A stretch of DNA of 64,000 bases. Origin: the human T2T-CHM13v2.0 reference genome, Homo sapiens. This document shows, piece after piece, positions 21,061 through 40,504 of this stretch. Under the pieces are notes generated by a model. That model searched no databases. It had not been told where the DNA came from and saw nothing but the letters and a program-made list of their open reading frames with translations. The DNA is taken from assembly GCF_009914755.1 (NCBI RefSeq), contig NC_060930.1; one strand, written 5' to 3'. The translations under genes and the position numbers were made by a program. Position 1 is the stretch's first letter, and each line of letters opens with the position of its first letter.

Positions 21061-21875
21061 GGTTCTATTTGTTGTCTGATATAGATACAAGAATCTTCCT
21101 GGGCTCTGAATCCACAAATATCAGGAAGTCAATAGAAGGCATTTAGCTTGTTTTACAAACTTGATCAAATGGAACAAAAACAAATAATTTTCAAGGCATT
21201 CATATGATGTGGGAAGTTGCATGCTGTCTCTTACTCTGGAAGATACGGATCCATTCACTTGTGGAGCTTTTAGTAAATGCCTGCCTTGTGCAACATTGTG
21301 GTGGAGCTGCAAAGAGTTATGAAGGAAACAGACACGTGCATTGGCCTGGCAGAGCTGTACGTGTTGGGGAGAGTACCTGGATGTGCTTAAGTGAAACAAC
21401 TAGAAATCATCAGCGTGTGCAAGGTAGAGAGACTGGCTGCTTGTTCCAGGAATGCAGCACAGAGGGAGAATCTGTCTTTAGTGGCACAGCCTGCTATGAG
21501 AGGGGAAAAGGCTGTTTTGGAAGCTGGGTTTGTCATGAGTCTCTGGGACTTCTGCAGACTGTTTTCATCTGTAGTCACATCTGCTTCACATGTTGAAACT
21601 GTTTCTACTCAGGCAAAGGTGATTTCATTATGATGCAGGAAAGTTTTTTGAAGATAGTTTAAGAGTTGGTCATCATAGTCTATTAAAATGATAAGCAACA
21701 GTGGCCATTGTTAATGATAAGAGTAATCGTTATGGAGTTCTGGGTATCAGACACTGTTCTGAGTGTTCTACATGGATTATGTCTTTATTTGGCAGCAATG
21801 CAAATAATACCTGAGGCAGATACCTCTCTCCAAGACACAAAAAAAATTTAATAACTTTCTTAAGGTCAGAGCCTA

Positions 21876-23831
<1,956 letters not shown>

Positions 23832-24959
23832 GCCTTGTTGGCTCTTCTGCAGTTTAGCATGAGAGTCATGTCAGGTCCCCACTGCCACTCTTGTCTGTAG
23901 GGAGGTGGGTACAGATCTGACTTGAGTTTAGGTCAGAGCCAGGATGTCCTCTGGGTTCATGGTGGTCCTAAATAAGGAAAGGCAGAGTGGGGGCAGGGAA
24001 CCTCCTGCACTCAGGCCCCTCCATGCACCTGCCTCCCCGTGACCCAGGAGGATGGTGAAGTACCTGCCAGTTCTTGGAGGACAGTTAATTCTAATGGCCT
24101 ACTGAGAATCTTTGTTTCCTGTATTTGTGGCCTGAGTTTGCTCCTGGAGGTCATAGGCCTTATTCTGGGATGTTTACTATCAGAACCATTTCCCCCAGTA
24201 GTAGTTATTCACTTACAAATTGCAAAAAATTATCCAGAGTTCTCAATGTAGATCATTTATGACCTGGCTATGCAAAATGCCTGGAAAAGGTCTTCACTCA
24301 TTTTTATAAAATGGGATAATGCAAACACTTATTTTCTGATTATGTAAAATTGTTTAGATTGCAGTTACATAAGGAAGCACAGTACCACCCTCCCATGAAT
24401 CCAGAAACACTAGCATGTAAAAACCTGTTTTTGCTGCCACGCTCTTTCCCTTTCAGACTTACACTAGAGCTAGTTCTTTATAAGGCTTGTTTATGGAATG
24501 AAATAATTTTCCTTTGGTAGTGGCTGTTTTGCAATATTATGCTCCTACATTTTACTTTCTCACATATATAAAACTAATAAACTACATAAACATAGACGTG
24601 CCAGATGTTAGAACTGACGCCTCTTAGGAGTTTGTTTTTAATAAGCTTATGTAATTAACACCTTGAACTGTATTCCATTTGTTTCTTTTGAAATCATACA
24701 AAGAGAACAGGATGATATACATGCATAAGGCACCAGCATAGTGCCTTATTGGCTTTAAAAATTATAATGAAGTCATGGATGTTTTACAAGTTAAAACTTG
24801 CTAGTTACTTTTAAGGTCTGAGGACTGAAAAGTAGATATGCTACTTAGAAGGGAAAAAAATTAAAGCATAAAGCAATATATAAATTGTTTATATTCATCT
24901 CCCCAAGGGCCTGAGCTTAGTGCCTGGCAAGGTGCATGTTGATTGATTGTTTCATTTAT

Positions 24960-26268
<1,309 letters not shown>

Positions 26269-26905
26269 ACAGTTGAACTGCTGTGCTCTGAGAATGGAAA
26301 CACACGGTCCATCCTGACAGAATCAACTAGGCGTCTTGACAGTACATTGAATTTTTTGCAGGCTTTCTTCCCATAATGTGTCAAACAATTAAAATAAAAA
26401 TACTTGTATCCACATCCCAGAGAAGAAAGTGAAATTACCCCTTTTTATAGGGCAATCGAGAAGCATAAACAAGTTTGGGTAGGTGATAGGCATGCCTTAA
26501 CTAGTTCATTTCCTTTTAAGGGATTGTTTCATTGTAAATCCAGGAATATGAATGGGAAGGAGGGGAGTAGGAATGTCCAAGCAAACATTGACCAGTAAAA
26601 CTGTTAGCCAAGATGAACTGATAAAAATGTTAATTCTTCACTGAAATGAATTGCTCTTTCAAAAAATTATGTATTAGATGTCAGTGAAAAAGCCAGTGGT
26701 GATGTTAATAAATTCTCACCTTGTAAGCAAACTGAGAAAATGGGTATTTTCATTCTCACAGTAACTGGGTTAGGAGAATGATGTGAATTCGTTGCAGCTT
26801 TTTTAGTTCTCTTAGGCAGAAATGACTGTCAAGTTTACATTGTAACCCTGTGTAGAATGTGACACAAAGCAATTAATCTCCACTCTCACTCTTAACTTCC
26901 AAGAT

Positions 26906-27722
<817 letters not shown>

Positions 27723-28319
27723 TTAACTTCCAAGATGTTTTAAATCTACGAATAAGAACAGATTCATGTGCTTCAGATGCTTTTTCAGAGTACTTTCACA
27801 TTATTTTCTTGGCAAAAGTAAAAGCCTTTTATGATGAAAATTGAGATCATCTTGAGGGGAAATGATGTAGTTAGGAAATAACTTTTCTTCCCCACAAAAC
27901 GGAAATGAAAGTATGGCCATGATGTCATATGTAATATTTTATATAGTTACCTGGATAGATGGGCAGATGCATAGATATGGATACAGATAATACACATGTG
28001 CCGGAACAAGAAAAGTTCCTTTGTAGGACTGACATTCTCTAAATCGGATTTTTCCTGTATATTACAGATCAGAGTGTGGTATAGGATGAACGCAACAGAG
28101 TTCCCCTATACCTGACATTCACAAGCTGGCCTCTGAGTCCCTGAATGGCATCCTTAGTGCACTGAGCTGTGTGGTGTGATTGGCCTGGAGTTCAAGGAGC
28201 CATCAGAAGGGTAGATGCCAGAAGCTAACTCATGCACTGTACTTGGAGAGGGCTAGGTGTGTTGTGAAGAGTTTTTTGGGGATTGCATGGCATTTTTCCA
28301 GACAGTGGGGGTAAACTGG

Positions 28320-29133
28320 TTTCTTTCTGATTTTGTTTTTGATTTGAGACAGTCTTGCTCTGTCACCCAGGCTGGAGTGCAGTGGTACAATCTCCAACCT
28401 CACTGCAACCCCTGCCTTCTGGATTCAAGCAATCCTCCCACCTCAGCCTCCCAAGTAGCTAGGATTACAGGCGTGTGCCACCATGCCTAGCTAATTTTTT
28501 TGTATTTTTACTAGAGATGGGGTTTCACCATGTTGGCCAGGCTGGTCTTGAACTCCTGACCTCAAGTGATTCATCCACCTGGGCCTCCCAAAGTGCTGGG
28601 ATTAGAGGAGTGAGCCACAGTGCCTCCTGCGTCTTTCTGACTTTGGAAAGACACTATCCAACTGGTGTCATATGAATGAAGGGCTCTAAAATAGTTTCTA
28701 GTAAATAGAAACAAACAGGTTTTCCTTTAGCTTCTGGGTGGGGCTTATTGTAAGCGCTCATCACCACAAAAGGAATATATGCATGTTTTCCGTGGCTACA
28801 GCATTGCTCTTGTATTTGTTTTCTTACAACACCCGAACCAGGCCATATATGGTGCCTCATGCCTGTAATCCTAGCACTTTGGGAGGCTGAGGCAAGAGCA
28901 TCACATTGAGCCCAGGAGTTCAAGACCACCTTGGGCAACATGGTGAAACTCCCATCTCTACAAAAAATACAAAAAATTAGCTGGGCCTGGTGGCGTGACC
29001 TGTAGTCCCAGCTACTCGGGAGGCTGCCTTAGGAGGGAGGATCACTTGAGCCCAGGAATTCGAGGTTACAGTGAACGGTGGTTGCAGCACTGCATTCCAG
29101 CCTGGGTGACAGAATGAGATCCTGTTTTTAAAA
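28320..29133. mobile_element. Alu - (28320-28626) and AluJ + (28841-29133)
   Basis: Alu consensus. Confidence 0.9.
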
Positions 29134-29149
29134 ACAAAAGATGAAACTC

Positions 29150-29619
<470 letters not shown>

Positions 29620-30069
29620 TCAAAATCTTAGTTGCTTTTTTTCTGTCAGGATATGAGAAGATTGTGAGACTTTAATTAAGCCCATTGAACCCAGGAACTT
29701 TCCATTTATTCCTTTTGGTGTGGGAAATATCTTTGGATTCAGGAAGATCTTTGACTCTCAACATGTTAAAAATTATCAGCAATAAATGTAAATAATTAGA
29801 AATCAATAATTCCTGTACTCTGATTTAGGAGGCTTGGTTTCTTGTCTTTTGGGACAAGTCACTCAAAACCCTGTGGTCTTTGGTTACTCTTAATTCATCT
29901 TTGAAATAAAGTTATCAAATGAGATCATATTTAAGGCCCTTCCCTGTATTGAAATTCTAGATCTTTATTTTTATAATAGGTTGGAATTCTGTGCCACTCA
30001 TGTGATATAACTTGGTCCTATCAAATAATAGGAGAAATTTTAACCTTCCTGTTGGAGGAGTGAGGACTT

Positions 30070-30900
<831 letters not shown>

Positions 30901-31479
30901 TTGATAATTCTTTCTCATGTAGGCCACCCTTATTCTGTGAAGCTTTTCTCTTCCTGTTGGGCTGTGGCCATACCTGTAAAGAGGAATAACATCCCAGTGG
31001 GTTTAGATCTTGTCTTCACTGTTCAGCCTCTTCCATGACAGAGGTGGGACTGGGTCTGCTGTCAAGGATCACAGAGGCAGACACCATGCTAATGGTTCAC
31101 TTTATTGGTGTCAGCAGCATTAAGATTCACAGCTGGACAAAAATATAATGAAACAGAGCTGGCCAAGGGCTGGATGAGCTTCTAGGATTATATCCCCATT
31201 TGTTAGTTTGGTTTTTCTAGCTGGTGAGGGACAAGGCACTATCAATTCACAGGTGCCAACTGTATGTTCTGTTGAGAGGTTTTTGTGTGGGTGCAAAGTT
31301 AATGAAATCAGGGTCACAGTTTTCAAAATCTCTGTGGTTTGGTTTTCATTGAAGTGTATGACAGCGAGTTTCGTACTTTATTTAAAGCAAAGTGCATGCC
31401 CTCTATATTCCTGCTTAAATATCTATGGCTATTGAATTCATGAGGAATCACCAAACCTGGGTTTCTTCCTGTCTCTCCA

Positions 31480-32035
31480 GTCCCCTGTCCTGCCACACCT
31501 CTGCATTCTGACCTTTTAGTCACCCAGGGTAGCTTTACCTCTTGGAACATGTTAAGCTCTCTCTCTGGACTCAGAGGAATTACATTTGATATTCCCTCTG
31601 TATGGAACTTCTTCCTACCCCCTTCCCTCAGATCTTCGTTTGTTATTGTTTCTAATGATATATTTCATGTATCAATGTCTCATTAGACTGTATTACTCTT
31701 GTGAGGTCAGTAGGGACAAGAATCGTGACTAGAAGCTCACCATTATATATAAAAATGCTGGTTTAGCGGGCAGTCTGTCAATTCCTAGTTACCGAGTGAA
31801 TTTTATGGCACTCTCAGGAAAGAGAGGGATCAACTTTACTGCCATCCATCCATCAATCCATCCATCCATCCATCCATCCATCTGTTCATTCATTTGATAA
31901 GTATTTATTACGTAACTGCTAAGTGTTGGGTGTTGCAATAATGTTAGATATTGAGGTTATAAAAATGAATAAGATCCATTCCCAGTTTTCATAAACTCTA
32001 AAGTTGCCTGGTAACAACAAACACGTAAACAAATA
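31480..32035. mobile_element. L2 fragments (tail to tail) around a (TCCA)n microsatellite at about 31843-31882
   Basis: Diverged L2 3' motifs and (TCCA)n. Confidence 0.55.
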
Positions 32036-33865
32036 AGTCACCTTTTAAAAACTCCTTACAGTGGGAAATTTCAGATGTATACCAAGTGGGGAGCATATGT
32101 TAAAGAGCTGCCATGTTCCATCACCGCTGATCTTGTTCCATCTATATCTGCACTCACCACCCCTCCCAGGCCCAGGATTTTAAAGCAAGTCCTGGATATC
32201 GTGTGCAGCCATTTGTGAGATGCGGAACGTAGGTGCCACACAAAGAGTATTTTTCAGTTGTTACCTGTCAGTTCTTAAAAATGTGGAGTTTTGGCAATAG
32301 CACCAAGAAACGGTTGCTTCAACCTTAGCTGTATAAAAGCAGAGGGTTACCAGCGTCATGCCTGTTGTCAGTCAGTTTTGATTGAGTTGTCTGGACTCCT
32401 GCGTCTCACTTACCAGTTGCGCCGGGGAGCTGTGTGAGGAAATCAGCCAGAGTCAAGCTCAGTCTCATACCACAGACGGTCACACCGCGAGGCTCTCTAG
32501 TCAAGCTGTGGCAGATTATAATTTTTCTAAAACACAAAAACTCAAATATTGTACATCATTTAACCATAGTACTAGAAATTTCAGATTGTTCTGAGATCAA
32601 TATTTTCATTTCTAAAATTCTGGTCATATCACATTCAGATCTTGTTGGTCAAATGCTTGAAAATGTTCACAGCCTCACGTTTGTGTGCCAAAAAGGCGGC
32701 CAGAGAAAACCCAGTGTGATTCATGCTCATCAAGATCTGTGAATGTGGTCTATAATTGTGACTTCATTCCCACCCAATTATCTGTGCTGCTTTTCAAATC
32801 TGTGATTCTGTTAAGCTCAGGGCAGATTAAAAATGGAAAATGAGTTCAGTCTAAAACTGCCATCTGCTAAATCCAAATGTCCATTTTGAGTCTGAATCTA
32901 GGCTTGTACTTTCTAAAAACCAATGATCAATGTTCCCATTCTTTTCTCCACATTTTCAAGTTCTTAGGGTTTTTGTGTAATACTCTTTTGAGCCACTGAT
33001 AGCCAGCAGATTGGATTTTTCAGAGCCTTTCGTTCCAAAGAGATCTAATATTAAGCACACAGCTTAGTAAATCCCTTCAACAAGTTCTCATGACTTAACC
33101 GTATGACTGCATTAAAATAAACTAATGGCCACACTTTGCTCTTCTGTGCAGTAGAAATAAACATTCATGTTTTTTGATTTTATATTGGATACTTAATACC
33201 TAGCACAACACTCGGAATATAGTAGATGTTTAGTAAATATTATTTGAATTAATGAAATATCCTGTGAACTGTTGATGATTGAAGGGCATAAACACAGGCG
33301 AATGTTGACAGCTTTCCTCAGTTTCTTCATCATACGTGAAAATCACTGTGCTGTGCAGAGGTGCTAGCATATACTCTGCATGAGGGATGTGGAGTAGGCC
33401 TTCTTCGTCATCTCTTTTATTAGAGCTGCTCCTCTGCCTGGCCAGGAAACTGAGTTTGTTCATATTTAGACTAAACTTTTCAGATTTCTTCCCAGTAGGT
33501 AGTTGGGGATGACTAGTTCATGCATAAGATTTTGGTAATAACATTTTTGCTACCAGTCTCAAGCCTGCCGAATCCTAGGGTCAAGCAGGCTGCACTGGGC
33601 CTGTTGGAAGTAGAGGAGAGGGAAAGTGTTTCTGCCGCGACTTTAACTCTGTCCTACCACAGATGACATTTCCCCAAGGGAGCAGGGAGTGTAAGAAGAG
33701 AAAAATGCAGAGGACCTTGGGGAATCATTGCATGTAAGGGTGTGCTGAGGAGGAGGGGTGGATGGTGACAGGGAAACTCACAGGCAGTGGGGTTCTAAAA
33801 TAGAGACAGTGTGGGCCCCCATGGCTGTTGCCTAGGAAGCGAACTCCATCAGTGCCTTTCTTGCT

Positions 33866-33866
33866 T

Positions 33867-33902
<36 letters not shown>

Positions 33903-34193
33903 AGACAGAGTCTTGCTTTGCTGCCCAGGCTGGAGTGCAGTGGCGCAATAATCTTGGCTCACTGCAGCCTCTACCTCCTGGGCTCAAGTGATTCTCTCGC
34001 CTCAGCTTCCTGAGTAGCTGGGATTACAGGCATGCACCACCACGCCCAGCTAAGTTTTGTAATTTTTTTAGTAGAGATGAGGTTTCACCATTTTGGTTGG
34101 CCAGGCTGGTCTCAAACTCCTGACCTCAAGTGATCCACCCACCTCAGCCTCCCCAAAGTGCTGGAATTACAGGTGTGAGCCACTGTGCCCAGC
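33866..34193 (-). mobile_element. AluS
   Basis: Alu dimer with a long T tract. Confidence 0.92.
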
Positions 34194-34570
34194 CTCTTCT
34201 GTGCTCTTCTAATATGCTATGTGATATCCTTTAAACAAATGCAAGTCTCAAATGTTTAAATTTATCCAAAGACTCTGTGGGGGATTGTACTGCGTTCACC
34301 CTTTCTGGTATGGTTCTGGGTTAGCGACCTTTACAAAAGACACCTTGTGTGAGATTTGGGAGCTGGAAGTGAATCAGCAGCATATTTTTTTGACTCTGAA
34401 GGTTGGTGTAGGATGCCAGGCATTGTGGCAGCTTCCACATGGTGTCACTGATCTGCTGGCTTACCTTGCTGGCATGAGACAGCATCTGAACCCACAACAG
34501 CTCCAGAGCCCGCCAGATCTCCGCCTTCTGTGTCCTCGGCCATGTGTGCAGGTCCATTGTGAAGAGTGTG

Positions 34571-34907
<337 letters not shown>

Positions 34908-36984
34908 TGAGAGAGCTCTGAGGAGGAGGGTTTGTCAATCCTGCCTTCTGGGAGGCCGTTTATTCTTCAGGAGGGGATCTGTGGTAACCGGGATCCACCT
35001 GTGCGCAATAGCATCACCATGACCGTATATGCCAAAGCCAGGATTTGACATGGGTGCTGGCAGGTTTTGGGTGTTTTTGGAGAGAGGGGATGGAAGGTAT
35101 GAAATAAGCCTCACTCCAGCCACCTGCCCTATGGGTGTGCCCCTGGGGGCTTCACTTGCCATTTGCATGACCTAATACGTCCCTCTGGCATATGTCGTTA
35201 CACGTTAAAACTTTTTCCTGAGACAAAGTATACTTCCAGCTCAACCCATCTGTAGAAACACTGGGAGTGATACCTCAGAAAAGTATTTGAGATTAGTTAT
35301 TACAGTCAGTGAATGTCTGCAGAACGACGACGACGTGGCAGGAAGTGATGACAGAGCTGGTGAGAACAGTAACATTACAGGGATTCAATGAGGCCGAACA
35401 AGAAAACGAGAATTAAAGACATTTTTATGGTTGTAGCAATTTCACCTGAAAGGTTGCTAAAAGTGTTTATCACCTTAAAAATCTTTAAACAAGCTAATTA
35501 AGGGTGAAAACACCTTGGGAAGTCATTCAAAAAATCAGTTAGGTTTCATTGTACCATAGTGATTTCTTTTTTTAATGGATTTAGCTTAGAGGGGATGTAT
35601 ATATCTCCATCCATCCCTCTTCAAACAAGGAGCAATGTAAATATAACAGAATTTATGTTATATAAAAATATATGTACTTATTATTAAGGACGGAAAAGGT
35701 AAAGAAACAATAAAGGAGTCCGCAGTCTGTCTTCCTCTCAACTTTGGGGAGTTAGAGCAACACACATGAGTTTTCCCTTGGGGAAAACTTTATAGATACA
35801 TAAAATAGGAGGATCACACATTCGTTTGCATACAATCTGCATGCAACAGATCACATTGTATCTCCTGATGTTTTCAGATGCTTTTTTTTCTTTTTATTTT
35901 TTTCCTCTCCTGAATCTGTCAACTTATTCTAAACTGGAAGTGACATCTGGGGAAAGAAGCGCAGAAATAACAAAAGTAACGATACAAATGCCTTTTGTTT
36001 TCGTAGTAGTTTTAGGTTTTCCATTTTCCAGAGACAGAAGTGAATTGGGATAAATCTCAGAAATACTGTGAAACCAATTGTTGAGGAAACAGTGCTCTGT
36101 GTCTTTTCTCCTTAATTGCAACAGCAGTCCACCCAATCTGAACTGCTCGGTACAATGCCCCTTATCTCTGTATTTTTATGTTGGTTGTATGAAAGACGGG
36201 TGTTTGGGACAAAGATGCTCTGTGGCTTTGGGGGAAGATTATACAAGTTTGTTGTCCGTTGAGCTGACACGGGTGATGACTCCACAGATTTAATTTAAAT
36301 CTTCAGCAAGTGAAATGGATTGTCATACATATGGACAGATGCTGTGACCAGGTTCTATGAGAAGAAAAGGAAAGAGAACTTGAATCTGCATGTATCTCTT
36401 TTCCTGTTTTCAAAGACAGGGGTGGGAAAATTCTTATAAAAAGATCGCGTGACTCAAAATTTCACAATTTTCTCAAAAAATTATTTTGAGGAAATAACGT
36501 TTTCCCATGTTCCTAAACTTGAACTAATATTGCTTAAGTTTAATGCCAGAGAACCAAAGAGGGAAAATAAGAAAGAAGTGAAACAGATGAGGCAAGCAAT
36601 AAACTCCAGACCAGAAACTTTTGAACACCTTAAAAGAAAAGGTTTAAAAAAGAATCCGTTTCAGTGTTTTAATCATGATATTTATTATAATAAATGTAGA
36701 GATGATTTTAAGTCTTATTATAGTTACAAGTTTATTTTGCAACATCAGTGCTTGACATTAGTATGGTGGGGTGTTGAGTCAGACGTAGATTTTGTGTTTC
36801 CGTAAAGATGGCAGCATGCGATCCTATGGAAACCTCATCTACATTATTTAAATTTCCTGCAGACTCATGTTGCAAGTATTTTTAGTAAAATTAAATATTT
36901 TTATGGAGTAGGTCTGTAGCTATCTCAAGGAATAAGCTGAATAAAAATAATGCAAACACTGTCAGTCCTGAAAGAGCATGGCTT

Positions 36985-37140
36985 TTTAAAAACTGCTTTA
37001 TTGAGGTATGCTTGATAAGTGAAAAGCTGTGCATTTTGAATGTATACAATTCGATGAGTTTGGGAATAAGTATATGCCATACCATCAACATCATAAACAT
37101 ATCCATCATTCCCAGAGTTTCCTCCCACCCCCATATAACA
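36985..37140 (-). mobile_element. Old L1M 3' end fragment
   Basis: gctttattgaggtat...tgtatacaattcgatgagttt...catatccatcattccc. Confidence 0.7.
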
Positions 37141-37660
37141 TAGAAATGATGATTATTCTTATTATTTCATTTTTTAAAGCCTGAATTTTGAGTGGGTAAA
37201 GATAATCATCAGGTAGTTGGTTGGTTTCATTGATTGGAATGTAAAAGATTCTTTTTGTGGGATGGCAGACAAGACCCACTCTTAAAAACACACATATACA
37301 TTCTTCTATTCTGTTGCCTTTCTTGGCATTTAAATCATCAGGACTGATGAAAGTGGTAATTATGGGGACTTACTGCACATCTGGAAAGTAATTTGGGAAG
37401 ATGTAAAAGCAGCTGTGCCACCCTTTTCTAATTATTATCTGGAGTGAGGAGTGGCTATTATGGCATGTTGTAGGGTGTGAAATGCTGGCTTTCTTTGGCC
37501 TGAGTTGATTTGAACAGCTGCTCTTTTCCTCAGGAGCAACAAATATATTTTTCAGGTCCCCAAGTTATTGGGGGAGTTTTGAGTGATTGGGAATGGGATA
37601 GAGAATTTCACTCGTAGGAAAAACAGAACTGAAGTGAAGAGTTGGCTTGTTGTTGGTTTT

Positions 37661-38503
37661 ATGATATTGTGAAATACATATTTGGTCTTAATCTTGTTTT
37701 CCGGCAAACTCCTAAAACCCTTGGAACCTCCAAAGTGATAAGTGTATTTTTTTGTATGTTAATGAGTTGACTGATGGCTGGCCACTCTAGGTAGCTTCAG
37801 AATGGAAGCTGGTCACAGGAAAGACCCGGGCTGGATTAGAGGGTTGGGACATTTAGCCCCACCTCCCAACCTCTGGGGAGGGGAGAGGGGCTGAAGGTTG
37901 AGCTGATAGTCATTGGCCTTTGATTTAATCAATCATGCCTGCATAATGAAGCTTCCATAAAAACCCCAAAAGACTGGGTTCTGGGAGCTTCTGGATAGCT
38001 GAACACATAGAAATTTGTGTAGGGTGGAGCATCTGGAAAGGGCACGGAAGCTCCGACACCCTTCCTCAATACTCTGCCTTGTGCATCTCTTCATCTGGTA
38101 TTCATTGGTATCCTTTGTGAATTCTTTCAAAATAAGTCAGTAAATGTAAGTATAGTGTTTCCCCAAGTTTTCCGAGCCACTCTAGCAAATTAATTGAGCC
38201 CCAAAAGGGGGTCGTGGGAACCCTAATTTGTAGCAGGTAAAACAACCTGGAGCTTGCTTCTGGCATCAGAAGTGAAGAGCAGTCTTGTGGGACTGAGCCT
38301 TCAGCCTTTGGGTTATGAGGCTGTCTCCGGTTCGGTAGTGTCGGATTTGAACTGGAAAACACCCAGCTAGTGTCCACTGCAGAACTTGCTGCTTCTTTGG
38401 AGTGTGGAGGGAGGGGAACCACCTCCCCTGCCCAACCATGTCTGGTGTCAGAAGTGATCTCTGTTGTGAGGCTGTAGAAGACATTGAGTTTGGTTTTTCT
38501 ACA
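37661..38503 (+). mobile_element. MER21 (B/C-like) ERV LTR
   Basis: tgatattgtgaaatacatatttggtct...ctcctaaaacccttggaa...gattagagggttgggac...atcaatcatgcct...ctctagcaaattaattgagccca. Confidence 0.82.
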
Positions 38504-39278
38504 TCATCAGAATATTCTTAGGATATATGAGAGAGAAGAGAAAAAGGGGAAGAAAGTAGTTTGGACAAAGCTATATTAATAATTACATAAATAATATATA
38601 AATAGTTTTTTTCCTAGTGGTCTTGGTTAGTCCAAGACGACGGTTGGTTGTGATAAGTTGGACAGTTCACAAACGTGAAAGCTGGTTGTTTTAGAGAGAA
38701 ACCAGTATTCCATGTTGGAATACCTCAGTGTGGACCTCTGTGTATAAGAGACAGAGAGAGTGATGGATTTCTATTCCAGACCAGAAAGCCACAGGGTAGT
38801 GTGTAAGCTGTAAACCCCCTTAACAAGTACACTTGGCTGTTGGGAGACATGGACTTTCTATTTGGTCAAAGTGGCAGGTGTGTTTTGTTTCCTGGCTGGA
38901 TGAAGGCAGAAGTTTCTGGATGAGGACAGCATCACGTTCCTGAGACCAAGACAACTCCAAAGAGCCCAGGATCTTCCAGGGTCCCCGGTTGTGATAGGGA
39001 TCAGATCTGTAACTCATAAAAATGGGCTTTCAGGTTAAGTTGCTCCCCTTTGCCCTCAAACTCACACACAAAAGGGAGCTCCTTTGTCTTTGTCAATATA
39101 GGCTGGGGAAAGGAGCTAAGAAACTAGGAGAGGCTTCAGGGTGAACAGGGATGGTGAGCACTTTGTTTCTTTGAAGTATCAGCAAACAAACATCCCTAGG
39201 TGAATCAAGGAGGATGCCCTGGTGCTGAAGATAGCCCAGCTCCCTCTGTCCTGGGAACTACCTGGGTGCTTGCTTGCT

Positions 39279-39667
<389 letters not shown>

Positions 39668-39669
<2 letters not shown>

Positions 39670-39824
39670 CTCCTTTCTTTTCTTTTCCTTTTTTCTTCTC
39701 TTCTCTTCCCTTTTCTTCTCTTTTCTCTTCTCTTCTCTTCCCTTCCCTTCTCTCTTCTCTCTCTTTCTTTTTCCTTCTTTCTTTCTTTCTTCTTTCTTTC
39801 TTTTCTTTTCCTTTCTTTCTTTTC

Positions 39825-39862
<38 letters not shown>

Positions 39863-39917
39863 TTCCTTCCTTCCTTCCTTCCTTCCTTCCTTCCTTCCTT
39901 CCTTCCTTCCTTCCTTT

Positions 39918-39981
<64 letters not shown>

Positions 39982-39983
39982 TC
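39668..39983. repeat. 316-nt pure polypyrimidine compound STR including (TTTC)n, (TTCC)14 and (TTTC)17
   Basis: No purine between 39668 and 39983; (TTCC)14 at 39859-39914 and (TTTC)17 at 39916-39983. Confidence 0.95.
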
Positions 39984-39997
39984 GGCATCCTTAGTAA

Positions 39998-40504
<507 letters not shown>

